Origin: an uncultured Spirochaetota bacterium
GTDB taxonomy: Bacteria > Spirochaetota > Brevinematia > Brevinematales > JAOACQ01
Direction: 5' to 3'
Assembly (NCBI GenBank): GCA_963783575.1
Contig: CAWAOD010000014.1
Location: 1-64,000, forward strand
DNA length: 64,000 bases
This document shows positions 10,951-21,157 of the stretch, one piece after another. The notes below the pieces were generated by a model. The model was given only the letters and a program-made list of their open reading frames with translations, was not told the origin of the DNA and made no database searches. The translations under genes were made by a program, and so were the position numbers. The number at the start of each line of letters is the position of its first letter. The first letter of the stretch is position 1.

Positions 10951-12375
10951 TTATTCATCAATAGACAATCCAAGTTCCGCCTTTGATCCTATTATAATAC
11001 CTTCTTTTTTATTTTTATCAATAGGAGGGAGTTTCAGCCACTTTCCGGATAAATAATACAAAAAACTGCTGAGAGTAGTGATTAAGAAACTCAATACAAT
11101 CGCCATCCAGATTCCTTTTAAGCCAAGCAATATCCGGGAAAGAATACCGGCTAATGGAAGACGAATAAGGCAGAGAGAAATAAAGGTGATAATCATGGTG
11201 GAGATAGTCTTTCCCGCTCCGTTAATTACTCCATTGGATACATAAATGAATATAAAAAATAGATACCCAACTCCGACAATCCGGAAATATTGCGCGCCGA
11301 TTTGTATCACAGCCATGTCTTTTACAAAAATCCGAACTATTACATCCGGGAAACTTACACATAATAATGAAACCATGAGAATCACCGGGATATTGATGAG
11401 GATACCCCATTTGAATATATCTTTTATCCTTTCCGGTTTTCCGGCACCGAGATTCTGGGCAGTTAAAGCAGATACCGACATCATAACAGCTGTGGCAGGC
11501 ATAGCGGCAATTCCATCTATCCTGCTGGTAATTCCGAAAGCGGCAATAGCGGATGGCCCGAATCCATTAACAAAAAAGGTGACACAAGCATATCCGATAG
11601 ATATTAAAGTCTGCTGTATAAAAGAAGGAAAACCGATCAAGATAATCTGCGATATCAGCTTTCCGTCAAATTCCAGCTTCTTCAGGTTTACCGGTAAGCC
11701 CTTGTATTTTATACGGATATAATTAAAACCAATTATAACTGCGGTCATTGAAGCGATTAATGACGCAAAGGCGGCGCCGTTTAGTCCCATGCGGGGTATA
11801 GGCCCCAAACCCATAATGAAAAGCGGATCCAAAACGGCATTGATTGCTGTGGATATACAAATAAATATCATTGGAATAACTGTATTTCCAATACCTCTAA
11901 GAATTGAGACGATTAGAAATGACAGATACATAAATATAAAACCGGTCAAATTTATCCTTAAATAGCCTTCAGCCAGGTTCAAAATCTGAGGTGGAGTTCC
12001 CAGTGTTTTTAGGATAGCTCCCGAAAAGTAAATACCGGTCGTCGGGATCACAATAATCAAAATAATGGCAATTGACCAGGAGTTATCGACTATTTTCTGG
12101 ATCATTTCATAATTCTTCGCCCCGTAAGCTTTTGCTATCAATATCGATGTGGCCAGGGTTGCCCCGGTAGCCAGAGCCAGCATGGCAAGAAAAAAGGGAA
12201 AACTGACCGCAACCGCGCCGACAGCATTCTTTCCCAATAAATTTCCAACCCATATGGCGTTGATAATGCTGTAACCGGTTGCCAAAAGATTTCCAAAAAG
12301 GACCGGTAATGCGAAACGGATCAGGTGTTTTGGAATACTTCCGGTTGTTAAATCCTTTCCAAAATGCTTATTCAT
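10951..12375 (-). CDS. MATE family efflux transporter
   Basis: DLTTGSIPKHLIRFALP start, GLNGAAFAS, QNLGAGKPER, about 12 TM helices. Confidence 0.92.
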   Translation of the reverse strand: MNKHFGKDLTTGSIPKHLIRFALPVLFGNLLATGYSIINAIWVGNLLGKNAVGAVAVSFPFFLAMLALATGATLATSILIAKAYGAKNYEMIQKIVDNSWSIAIILIIVIPTTGIYFSGAILKTLGTPPQILNLAEGYLRINLTGFIFMYLSFLIVSILRGIGNTVIPMIFICISTAINAVLDPLFIMGLGPIPRMGLNGAAFASLIASMTAVIIGFNYIRIKYKGLPVNLKKLEFDGKLISQIILIGFPSFIQQTLISIGYACVTFFVNGFGPSAIAAFGITSRIDGIAAMPATAVMMSVSALTAQNLGAGKPERIKDIFKWGILINIPVILMVSLLCVSFPDVIVRIFVKDMAVIQIGAQYFRIVGVGYLFFIFIYVSNGVINGAGKTISTMIITFISLCLIRLPLAGILSRILLGLKGIWMAIVLSFLITTLSSFLYYLSGKWLKLPPIDKNKKEGIIIGSKAELGLSIDE

Positions 12376-12381
12376 AAGACC

Positions 12382-13053
12382 TCACTTATTATTTAATTCA
12401 TCCAGAACTTCATTAATATATTCTTTAACTTCATCTACGTTAAATGTAATTGCTAAGGCCTGGAGGTTGTAAATAACGAGAGTAAAAGCAGAATCGGTTA
12501 ATTTTACATTGCTCTCTTTTTCTAACCAATCGATGATCAGATAATATAGCGAACCTTCAAAGGCAAGTGCGGCTATCCTTGTATCCGGAACCTGGATTAA
12601 GCCTTTTATTTTAAATGATTGCAACCTTTCCTCCATTCTGTTGCAGTTTATTTTAATATTGTCAGACATTTTTTTCTCAAACTCAGCATTAATACTCGCA
12701 GCTTCAATCAAAAGAATCTTCGCTAATTCACGTTTGCTCTGGTAAACCCAGAGGCTGGCCGTGATAGCCCTGGTAAAATTTTTTACCATACCGCCATTTT
12801 TGTAATCTAAAACGTTTTCGACATAATTATGCACTTTTTCTGTCATTTCATCATACAAAGCTTTAAAGAGTTCTTCTTTGCTCTTAAAATAAAAATAAAA
12901 GCTGCCTACGGAAATATTGGCCTTATCTACAATATCTTTTACATTGGTATTGTGATATCCTTTTTCAGCAAAGATAAAGGCCGCAGTATCGAGGATATAA
13001 TGTCTTTTCGCGTCTTTTCTTTCCTGCGTTTCCCGGGATGTTATATAAACCAT
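12382..13053 (-). CDS. TetR/AcrR family transcriptional regulator
   Basis: ILDTAAFIFAEKGYHNTNVKDIVDKANISVGSFYFYFKSKEELF. Confidence 0.95.
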   Translation of the reverse strand: MVYITSRETQERKDAKRHYILDTAAFIFAEKGYHNTNVKDIVDKANISVGSFYFYFKSKEELFKALYDEMTEKVHNYVENVLDYKNGGMVKNFTRAITASLWVYQSKRELAKILLIEAASINAEFEKKMSDNIKINCNRMEERLQSFKIKGLIQVPDTRIAALAFEGSLYYLIIDWLEKESNVKLTDSAFTLVIYNLQALAITFNVDEVKEYINEVLDELNNK

Positions 13054-13063
13054 TTTTTACTCC

Positions 13064-13093
13064 AAGTATAGAACGAATATTCATTCTATACTT
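13064..13093. promoter_or_regulatory. Probable TetR operator
   Basis: 30-bp near-perfect palindrome AAGTATAGAACGAATATTCATTCTATACTT just upstream of the tetR start. Confidence 0.75.
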
Positions 13094-13470
13094 CATAATA
13101 AATAATCCATAAATATATGTCAAATATTATGGTAATTTTTTTAAAGGATTGATCACATTAGATACCTATAAGTCATCATTGGAATTTTTAACATCATCTT
13201 TTCCAATATCCAAATCACTAAAATTATTTATATAAATATTGGATAGAGCATTTTGTCAAATTAATAAATTATTAATAAAAAAGGACAGGAATCTTATAAA
13301 TGATATGATTTCTCTGATTGAGATTACAGAGATTGAATCTTCACTTTTTCCGGAAGTGTGGAACGGGCAAGAAAAAAAGCTGAAGCTAAAATTCTTCAAT
13401 TCCGACTTTCAGCAACGCATAAAGACCTTGGTATTCGTCAATAGGATATTTAGTTTTGGCTAGCTTTAAT

Positions 13471-13495
13471 AAAAATCAGGGTATTCCCCTATTGT
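13471..13495. promoter_or_regulatory. Putative LuxR-family binding site
   Basis: AAAAATCAGGGTATTCCCCTATTGT, similar to sites at 16423-16476. Confidence 0.55.
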
Positions 13496-13575
13496 AAAAT
13501 CAGATCTTCTAATCTAACATATTAATCAAAAATTCTTGTTTCCATACTTTTGTAATAATACTGGGGGGCTCGAAA

Positions 13576-15295
13576 ATGATCTGGAAAAGACATTCATTCA
13601 TTTTGATATTCATTTTTTATCTTACATCTTCCACTGCAGCCGATGTTCATAATTCGGGAACTATGAATCCCAGTAACCCATTCATCCATACCGAAGGCAA
13701 ACTCTTAATTGACGGCAGCGGTAAACCGTTGCAGTTAATGGGCATATCATTTAATAATGAAGCCTGGAATGATTTTTCTCAGCCGCAGGATAAACACAAC
13801 AATCAATCGGATTATCAAAAGATTGCAGGCATGGGTTTTAATAGCGTCCGTTTATATTTGAATTACCGATGGTTTGAGGAAGATAACAAACCCTATATAT
13901 ATACAAAATCCTGGTTACAATGGCTGGATCAATCCATACAATGGGCAAAGTCCAGCGGTATTTTTGTTATTCTTACTTTGTGCAATCCCCAGGGAGGGAT
14001 ACAGGGATCTGATAAAGGAATTGAGACTCTGGAAGAACCGTGAAATGCAGAAACGTTTTATTGCTCTCTGGAAGGAATTCGCTCACCGTTATGCAAATGA
14101 ACCGGCCATTGCCGGTTATGATATACTCCATTCGCCAAGTCCATCTGAGAATATTGGACAATGGGAAAATCTTGCAAATGAAACCATATTGGCTATCCGC
14201 AAGGAAGATACAAACCATGTTATAATCTTAGAAAGGGCGGAATTGGTCGCCAATGAAATATTGAATGACAATCTAAACGGTAATATGAATTTCTTTAAAA
14301 TAAACGATCCGAATATTATGTATGGGTTTTTGTTTTACAAACCGGTAACCTTTGCGCAGCAGGGATGTCCCTGGATAACAGCAGTACATGGCGTGATAAG
14401 CCTTTATCCGGACGAAAATATCTCGGAAATTGCAGGAAACTTCAAGTGGAAAATAACGGCCTCGAATAATACAAAACCCCCAATTGGATTTACAGATTGG
14501 TATTTTTTTGATAGCCCTCCTTATACAGTCAATGATCCGCAGGTTAAATTCGGAATTCCCGTTGCGCAGGGTAGCCACCTGGGTTTTTTCGATTCGGCCT
14601 TATACGACGATGTTACAATAGAGGAGCTGGATACAAACGGAAGGAAAATAAGATCATGGTTTACCGGCATAGAATCAAACGATTGCTGGTATTTGTATAA
14701 TGGAAAAGAATTTATTCAGGGCGTTATCGATCCGTTCGGAGGAAGAAATGGAAGTCATGCACTAAAAATATCAGGCCCGACGGACAATGTCGGCCTTATC
14801 GGCGTTTTCCATCTGTTCCCCATTACACAGGGCAACTCTTATAAAATAAGCGGCTGGATTAAGGCGGCCAATTTTAACAGGTTGTCCCAGATAGGCCTCC
14901 ATCTTGATTTTTATTCCAGTGACGGCGAGGTCATGAAACGCAATAAGGCTTACATCGAGAGGGAATTAGACCGTCTGACAGCCTGGAGGGATAGGGCGAA
15001 CGCCCCTATTTATATGGGGGAATTCGGCAGCATCAGGTATGCTTTTGAGTATAGCAGAGGCGCGCTTGATTGGGTTTCGGATGTTATGGATGCCTGCATC
15101 GAGCGCGGAATCAATTATAATTATCGTGATTATTATAGCGAATATTTCGGTTTATACCTGCCCGATATTAACGGAATTCATGGAATGAATTTCAATAAAC
15201 CTTTATCTGAGCTTTTTTTCGGAAACAAGCCGGCGAGCAGAAATGATTTATTGATAGGAGCTGAGTTTCTTAATCGAGCTCAATTCTGTTTTTAG
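13576..15295 (+). CDS. Secreted GH5-like protein with inserted CBM-like beta-sandwich; acid/base motif degenerate; frameshift near 14020
   Basis: Signal peptide; GFNSVRLYLNY, LDQSIQWAKSSGIFVIL, IAGYDILHSP, IYMGEFG. Confidence 0.8.
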
Positions 15296-16211
15296 CGGCT
15301 GTTTTTTGATAAATATGAGAAATATGGGTTTCCACAGTTTTAATGGAGATAAAAAGCTTTTCCGCAATTTGTTCATAAGTCTTCTGATCCAGCAGCAGAG
15401 ATATGATATCCTTTTCTCTTTTGCTTATGCCATATTCTTCAATAAAACTTTCCACTATTATTAAGGAATGCGGTGCAAAGCTAATTTTACTGTAATAATT
15501 GAAGATGGTGATGATGCAGAATATGTTCCAGCATAAATAGAACATTGTCATGGCTATGCCGCGGATAAAAATCATCTGCGGCATTCTGAACGGGAAGAGG
15601 TATTCCAGCGCGATCAACGGAATAAATATACTTAAGAAAACCCTTGTAAACACCGCCATTTTTTTAAACTGCAAATTCCTGATTTTTTTATAATGAAAGA
15701 TGATTAATAAATAGAAGTAAATGAAAATTATAAAACTTATGGGGTTCACAAAATAATAGCTGATTTCTGAAAGAAGGTAAAATATTTTCTGGATAGATTG
15801 GGATATAAAAAAAGGGACCGGGATTGAAAGCAGAATTAATGCGGAAATTATTCCGAATACGCGCCTGTGAATCCGGTTAAAGGGAATTTCCAGAAGAAAA
15901 TGGGAAAAAAAGCTGAAGAAGTAAATATAAACCGCGTTCCATAGGAAAAGCGAAATCGTAATAACAAAAAATATCATAAACATAAGCCCATACTGCGGAA
16001 GAAAAAGATTATAAAGGTTTGAAAGGATTGAAACCTCGATATAATGCTGAATTATGCGGGTAATAGTCCAGTAACTTATCAGTATTGACAGAATGAAAGT
16101 ATAGAGAAAAAGCTTCATACCGTTGTGAAGATAGGTAAGAAAAAGCAGTAATAAACTCGAAATCCCCAGAACAAATGTTGCCAGGTAAAAAAACATTAGC
16201 AGATGGTTCAT
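15270..16211 (-). CDS. Membrane-embedded (about 7 TM) LuxR-family HTH regulator
   Basis: Hydrophobic N-terminal region; ISKREKDII...IAEKLFISIKTVETHISHIYQK. Removing one base near the end would give ELIKKLSSYQ with a stop at 15248. Confidence 0.9.
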   Translation of the reverse strand: MNHLLMFFYLATFVLGISSLLLLFLTYLHNGMKLFLYTFILSILISYWTITRIIQHYIEVSILSNLYNLFLPQYGLMFMIFFVITISLFLWNAVYIYFFSFFSHFLLEIPFNRIHRRVFGIISALILLSIPVPFFISQSIQKIFYLLSEISYYFVNPISFIIFIYFYLLIIFHYKKIRNLQFKKMAVFTRVFLSIFIPLIALEYLFPFRMPQMIFIRGIAMTMFYLCWNIFCIITIFNYYSKISFAPHSLIIVESFIEEYGISKREKDIISLLLDQKTYEQIAEKLFISIKTVETHISHIYQKTAAKNRIELD

Positions 16212-16422
16212 AGTTTATTCTCATCCCAATATTTCAAAAGCCATTTTTTAAATTTATGTTATTAATTCCAATATGGGTAATTCCATTATATTAATAGTGT
16301 AGTTTATGTATGAATTTAGAACTGCCCATATATTAATACAATTTGTAGAAAATATCCACTGGAATAGCCTTATATAAGAATTAATGGTTACAAGTAGAAT
16401 TTTTTCCTTAAATAATGCTACT

Positions 16423-16476
16423 ATCAGGGTCTACCCTGAGAAAATGTATTAAAAAATCAGGTTCCCCCCCCGATTG
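16423..16476. promoter_or_regulatory. Two putative LuxR-family operator boxes in the divergent promoter
   Basis: Palindrome TCAGGGT-CT-ACCCTGA (16424-16439) and ATCAGGTTCCCCCCCGATTGT (16456-16476). Confidence 0.65.
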
Positions 16477-16605
16477 TTTTTTATATTGATACAGGATATT
16501 ATTTTGCTGATACAACAAAACAATAATTGTATGGATTAGGATTAAGTCAATAATTAAACTAAAAAAGCATATAATCCCGAATTTATATAAGAAAGGAGAA
16601 ACCCT

Positions 16606-17745
16606 ATGAGGAATATTTTAAAGATGAGATATTCAAAGAAACGGCTTTTATTTTCATATATTTTGACAGTAATTATTAGTCTGTCTTCCTGCATTAATTT
16701 AGAGCAATTCTATACCGAACCTGATGAACCTGCTATTGTAAGATTGCCTGTTCAACAGGAAAATCTCCCTTATACAAATGCAGGGGTTCCGGGAGTCTAC
16801 CCGGAAGGTTCACCCGTTGCCAGGTACGGCAAACTTAAAGTAGTTGGTACTCAGCTTTGCGATGAAAAAAGCAATCCCATACAGCTTCGGGGACTATTCT
16901 TACGCGGCTTAAACTATGAAGCGAAATTTATCAACTATGAAGCTATTTCCTATCTTTCAAAAAAATGGAAAATGGATGTATTTAGAATTCCACTCTGGCC
17001 GGCTGGCGGAGTTTGGGGCAGCGGTGCATATGCTGTTATTGAACCCGGATATCTGGATAATCCGGCTCTTGAAAAATATATAAAGGATGCTGTGAGAATC
17101 ACAGAAGAATGCGGAATATACTGCATTATCGATTGGCAAATCCTCTTTGACGGCGATCCGAATTTGCATAAGATTAACGCTCATGATTTCTTTAAAAGAA
17201 TGGCATTTCTATATGGAGAGAAAAAACATGTTATTTATGAGATCTGTAATGAACCCAATCATGTTAAATGGAAAAGCAGTATAAAACCTTATGCCGAGTA
17301 TATTATACCTGCAATCCGAGCTGGCGATTCCAATGCACTGATAATCGTCGGGACCGAGTTCTGGAGTCTGGATCAGCGCCGCACCGCCGCCGATCCCCTT
17401 AAATTTGATAATATTATGTACACCTCTCATTTTTATGCCGGTAATCCCCTCTCGTTCACAAACCGGATTTCATCGGCTTTATCCAATATCGCCATTTTCT
17501 GCACCGAATGGGGGGTATGCGCCACGGGAGCGGATACATCATCCCCACTTATGCTTAAAAACGCCAGAACCTGGGTGGATTTTCTGAATAGTAAGAATAT
17601 CAGCTGGTGCAACTATGCGCTGGCCGACAACCTATATGAGACGGCGGCATTTTTAAGGAACAGGGCCAAAACGAACGGCGGCTGGGAAGATAAAGATTTA
17701 ACCGAATCCGGAAAATTTGTAAGAGACTACCTGACAAACCGGTAA
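16606..17745 (+). CDS. GH5 (subfamily-2-like) endoglucanase lipoprotein
   Basis: Lipobox LSSC; YGKLKVVGTQLCD, YEICNEPN, SHFYAG, FCTEWG, ISWCNY, LTESGKFVR. Confidence 0.92.
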   Translation: MRNILKMRYSKKRLLFSYILTVIISLSSCINLEQFYTEPDEPAIVRLPVQQENLPYTNAGVPGVYPEGSPVARYGKLKVVGTQLCDEKSNPIQLRGLFLRGLNYEAKFINYEAISYLSKKWKMDVFRIPLWPAGGVWGSGAYAVIEPGYLDNPALEKYIKDAVRITEECGIYCIIDWQILFDGDPNLHKINAHDFFKRMAFLYGEKKHVIYEICNEPNHVKWKSSIKPYAEYIIPAIRAGDSNALIIVGTEFWSLDQRRTAADPLKFDNIMYTSHFYAGNPLSFTNRISSALSNIAIFCTEWGVCATGADTSSPLMLKNARTWVDFLNSKNISWCNYALADNLYETAAFLRNRAKTNGGWEDKDLTESGKFVRDYLTNR

Positions 17746-17757
17746 AAGGAGGAATTA

Positions 17758-19338
17758 ATGAAAATTTTAACTAAATTTATGAAATGGCGGTCATTAATAC
17801 TGATATCTTTGTTTTTTACTTTGTGGTTTTTTTGTTATGCTTGCGGCATATTTGTCAGACCGGCGGAAGTTGTTAAAACCGCTCCTTTGCTTTCTCAAAG
17901 CAATTCGTTTTTGAATGACGGGCTTGTCCGGGTCGGATTTTCAGCAATGCAGGCAGAGCCGGAGGATAAGGAAATGTACCGGATGATTGATGATGTTGTC
18001 CTTCAGACACTGGGAGAAAAAGGACTGTCATCGATTATAAAAAAAGGATACCGGGTTGTTATTAAAGTCAATATGGTTGGCGGAAATGTTGGGGCGCCTG
18101 GATTGAAAGGAAGAGGCGTCATAACCGATGCAAGAATTGTCAGATATATAGCCGACAGTGTAAGGGAAATTATCGGCTTCGATCCTCCGGCTGATATCAA
18201 AATAATTGAAGCCTGCTATTCATTCAGCAGGAACCCATCCGAACCCGGCAATAAGCAGGGTTTTGCCTTTGCCCGCGTTGAGGAAAAAGATGGCGATACC
18301 GTTTTTTATGACGCCAACAAGGATGGAATTCTGGATGGGTTTTCAAAAGCTAGAATCATTAACCTTGATTCATTATCCGACGCGGAACGGATCGGGGCCG
18401 ATATAAGGATCGCGAGCGGCCGGAATATCAGGGTTTTTATGCCGCGTTTTCTTCAGCGGAAAACGGAAGCCGGCACTAATGACTACTGTGATGTGTTTAT
18501 CGGGCTGCCGGTCTGGAAAAGCCATGTTATAGCCGGTATAACCGGCGCTTTGAAGCTTCACTACGGGCTCAGACCTTACTTTCCTGCGAATGGTGATGCA
18601 GGAAGGCCCAGCCATAGCGGGCTATACTGGGGTACTAATTCCATGATATACAAAAAACAGAACCTGATAGATTATATAACCGCCGAGCATTGCTTCCGAA
18701 CCTATGATTTTGCTCTTATGGATGCTCTTTGCGGCAACAGGAGAGGCCCAAGGAATCCATCGGACGGTTACAAATTTAAAGAGGATGAAGCAGTGGATCT
18801 GATAAAGTCACATGTGGTTATGGCATCCAGGGATCCGGTGGCTTTGGATACTGCGGCAACGCTGTTAGCTGGGTACAGGCTCGACTCGATTGGTTTGCTG
18901 AAAACCGCTGATGAAAATGGAATCGGAACATGTGATCCTTCCAGAATTGAGATTTACGGCCTGGATGTATTTTCAAGACACAGGATATTTCTCGCGAAAA
19001 CTTACGGGAAACAAAAACTTTATCCTTTTGAAAACGGCTGGGGCGGGGCCGCCGTTCTCCCAACAGTTACAAATACACCTGAGATTTTGAAACAATCCGG
19101 TCCGGAAAAAATCGAAGGAAATATTTACCGTTTTTCATTTGAGATTTCTTCAACCAACGGAATTATCCGGGAAGAACTCTGGTGCAACAACGAAAAAATA
19201 AAAATATTGGATAGCAATGACAGGCAGATTACCGCAGATATGAGCGCATGGCAGGGAAAAGACGCGGAATACAGTCTGGCCTTCTGGGACAATGCGTTTA
19301 ACTGCACCATATCTGAAGCAAAAAACTTTCTTTTTTAA
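17758..19338 (+). CDS. Exported DUF362 protein (paralogue A) with C-terminal Ig-like domain
   Basis: Signal/lipobox CYAC; VVIKVN, ITDARIV, DVFIGLPVWKSH, ITGALKLHYG, MASRDPVALD. Confidence 0.8.
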   Translation: MKILTKFMKWRSLILISLFFTLWFFCYACGIFVRPAEVVKTAPLLSQSNSFLNDGLVRVGFSAMQAEPEDKEMYRMIDDVVLQTLGEKGLSSIIKKGYRVVIKVNMVGGNVGAPGLKGRGVITDARIVRYIADSVREIIGFDPPADIKIIEACYSFSRNPSEPGNKQGFAFARVEEKDGDTVFYDANKDGILDGFSKARIINLDSLSDAERIGADIRIASGRNIRVFMPRFLQRKTEAGTNDYCDVFIGLPVWKSHVIAGITGALKLHYGLRPYFPANGDAGRPSHSGLYWGTNSMIYKKQNLIDYITAEHCFRTYDFALMDALCGNRRGPRNPSDGYKFKEDEAVDLIKSHVVMASRDPVALDTAATLLAGYRLDSIGLLKTADENGIGTCDPSRIEIYGLDVFSRHRIFLAKTYGKQKLYPFENGWGGAAVLPTVTNTPEILKQSGPEKIEGNIYRFSFEISSTNGIIREELWCNNEKIKILDSNDRQITADMSAWQGKDAEYSLAFWDNAFNCTISEAKNFLF

Positions 19339-19387
19339 GAAATCAGTTGATAGAGGTTATAACTTGTAAAAAATAAAGGAGTTATCT

Positions 19388-21103
19388 ATGAATATTTTAA
19401 AGTCTTTTTATTACAGGAAGAAACTGGTAATCTGGGGTATTATAGTCCTGTTCCTGGTGTCCGGTAGCCTGATCTCATGTCTGAGCCGTCTGCCTTCAAT
19501 CTGGAAGCCCGATTATCGGATCCTGAACCAGGAAAATCTCCAGCCGGTCAAAGTCGGCTTTACATGTTCGCAGGAAGAACCGGATGACGCGGCCCTGTAT
19601 AAAATGATCGATGAAGTGATCTATCAGGTTTATGGAGAAAAAGGGCTTCGGGCCATCATCAAAAAAGGCGATAAAGTCGTCATTAAAATAAACCTGGCAG
19701 GAGGCCCAAGCCAGGGTCTGCATGGCCAAAAAGGCCGCGGGACAATTACTGATCCGAGGATTGTGCGCTATATAGCCGAAAAAGTCCGGGACATCATCGG
19801 GTGGGAAGAACCCGCGGGCATCATCATAGCGGAAGCCTTATTCAATCCCGATCCCAATCCCTCCTTAAAAGAGGGCCAATTGTATCTTCAAAAGAACAGT
19901 TTTTATCTCGCACGTCTTGAAAGGCATGGCGAGGATGTTAATGATCGTGTCGATCCCAGGGATTTTTGCCTGGATTATAACGCGGACGGCATACTGGACG
20001 GTAAATCCGGGGCTGTACTGGTAAATCTCGACAGCATAGGTTTGGACAGGCGTTTTCTGACAGTTGTCCAGGAACCGACACTGGGTGAAACGGAGGTTTA
20101 CCTTCCGAATATCTTAAGGACAAAAGAACAGGCAAAGGGAGATAAAGAATATTGCGATGTCTTAATCGGCCTGCCGATTTTAAAAAGCCATCTGGTGGCA
20201 GGCTTAACCGGCGCACTGAAACTGCATTACGGCTTCAGGAAAATGACCCCTGTCGGCCATGAGACAGGTGGGCGCTGGGAGCATAGCGGGTTTAATTTGA
20301 CCGGTGATGTGAATCGCCTTGCGGAATATCTTTCTGCACAGCATAAAGTGAGAACTTATGATTTTATACTGATGGATGCCATTACGGGAGACAGAAGAGG
20401 TCCCCATAATTTGCGCTATGATCATGGTTTTGATAATCCTGTAGATTATATTTTTATCAATTCCCTGTTGGCCTCAACAGATCCTGTGGCGATCGACACA
20501 GTGGCGGCGCTTTTAGCAGGATACAAACCGGAGTCCATTCCCGCTTCCAAAATTGCAGCAATGGACGGATTGGGGATTTTCTGGCCGGAATGGATCCACC
20601 TGGAAGGATTGGACGCTTTTTCGAAACACAGGCTATTCCTTCTGGATATATATAATCCTGAAAAGATGAGGGCCAAATATGAAAGTAAAATTGATCAGCA
20701 ACAATACAACTGGCACGGCCATGATATCAATCCATGGATGCCCGACAACAATATTGGGGTCTTCGGGTCTTATCCATTTGCCGAGTGGGGAATGGCAAGA
20801 AACCTTGAGGATTTTGATTACAAAGCATTTAACAGCGCCAGCCTGGAAATAAGCAAGGGAACCAATAACCGGTATTTATGGAAATACTCTATATCCGGCG
20901 AGGGACATAAAGAAAAAGAAGTAGCCCGCGTTGATTTTCTCATCAACGGCAATGCTATCGGGTTCCATGTCAAATCAAAATGGGATGATGTTTATGAGGC
21001 AGACCTGTCCGGTTTTCATGGAAATGTTACCTGTCAATTGGCGGCCTGGGACTATCGGCTGAACTGCACCTTATCCGAAGCGGTGACGGTGCAGCTGCCA
21101 TGA
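19388..21103 (+). CDS. DUF362 lipoprotein (paralogue B)
   Basis: Lipobox LISC; KVVIKINL, ITDPRIV, LPILKSH, LTGALKLHYG, MDAITG, ASTDPVAID. Confidence 0.85.
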   Translation: MNILKSFYYRKKLVIWGIIVLFLVSGSLISCLSRLPSIWKPDYRILNQENLQPVKVGFTCSQEEPDDAALYKMIDEVIYQVYGEKGLRAIIKKGDKVVIKINLAGGPSQGLHGQKGRGTITDPRIVRYIAEKVRDIIGWEEPAGIIIAEALFNPDPNPSLKEGQLYLQKNSFYLARLERHGEDVNDRVDPRDFCLDYNADGILDGKSGAVLVNLDSIGLDRRFLTVVQEPTLGETEVYLPNILRTKEQAKGDKEYCDVLIGLPILKSHLVAGLTGALKLHYGFRKMTPVGHETGGRWEHSGFNLTGDVNRLAEYLSAQHKVRTYDFILMDAITGDRRGPHNLRYDHGFDNPVDYIFINSLLASTDPVAIDTVAALLAGYKPESIPASKIAAMDGLGIFWPEWIHLEGLDAFSKHRLFLLDIYNPEKMRAKYESKIDQQQYNWHGHDINPWMPDNNIGVFGSYPFAEWGMARNLEDFDYKAFNSASLEISKGTNNRYLWKYSISGEGHKEKEVARVDFLINGNAIGFHVKSKWDDVYEADLSGFHGNVTCQLAAWDYRLNCTLSEAVTVQLP

Positions 21104-21157
21104 AAATTGAAGAATCAAGAGAGAGGCTGTAATTTATGAAGATTCTTTGGAGGTTTT

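Noticed and set aside
15248..15295. Functional antisense overlap between GH5 and LuxR 3' ends
   Set aside because: A probable single-base error near 15275 alters both C-termini, so the extent of overlap is unreliable
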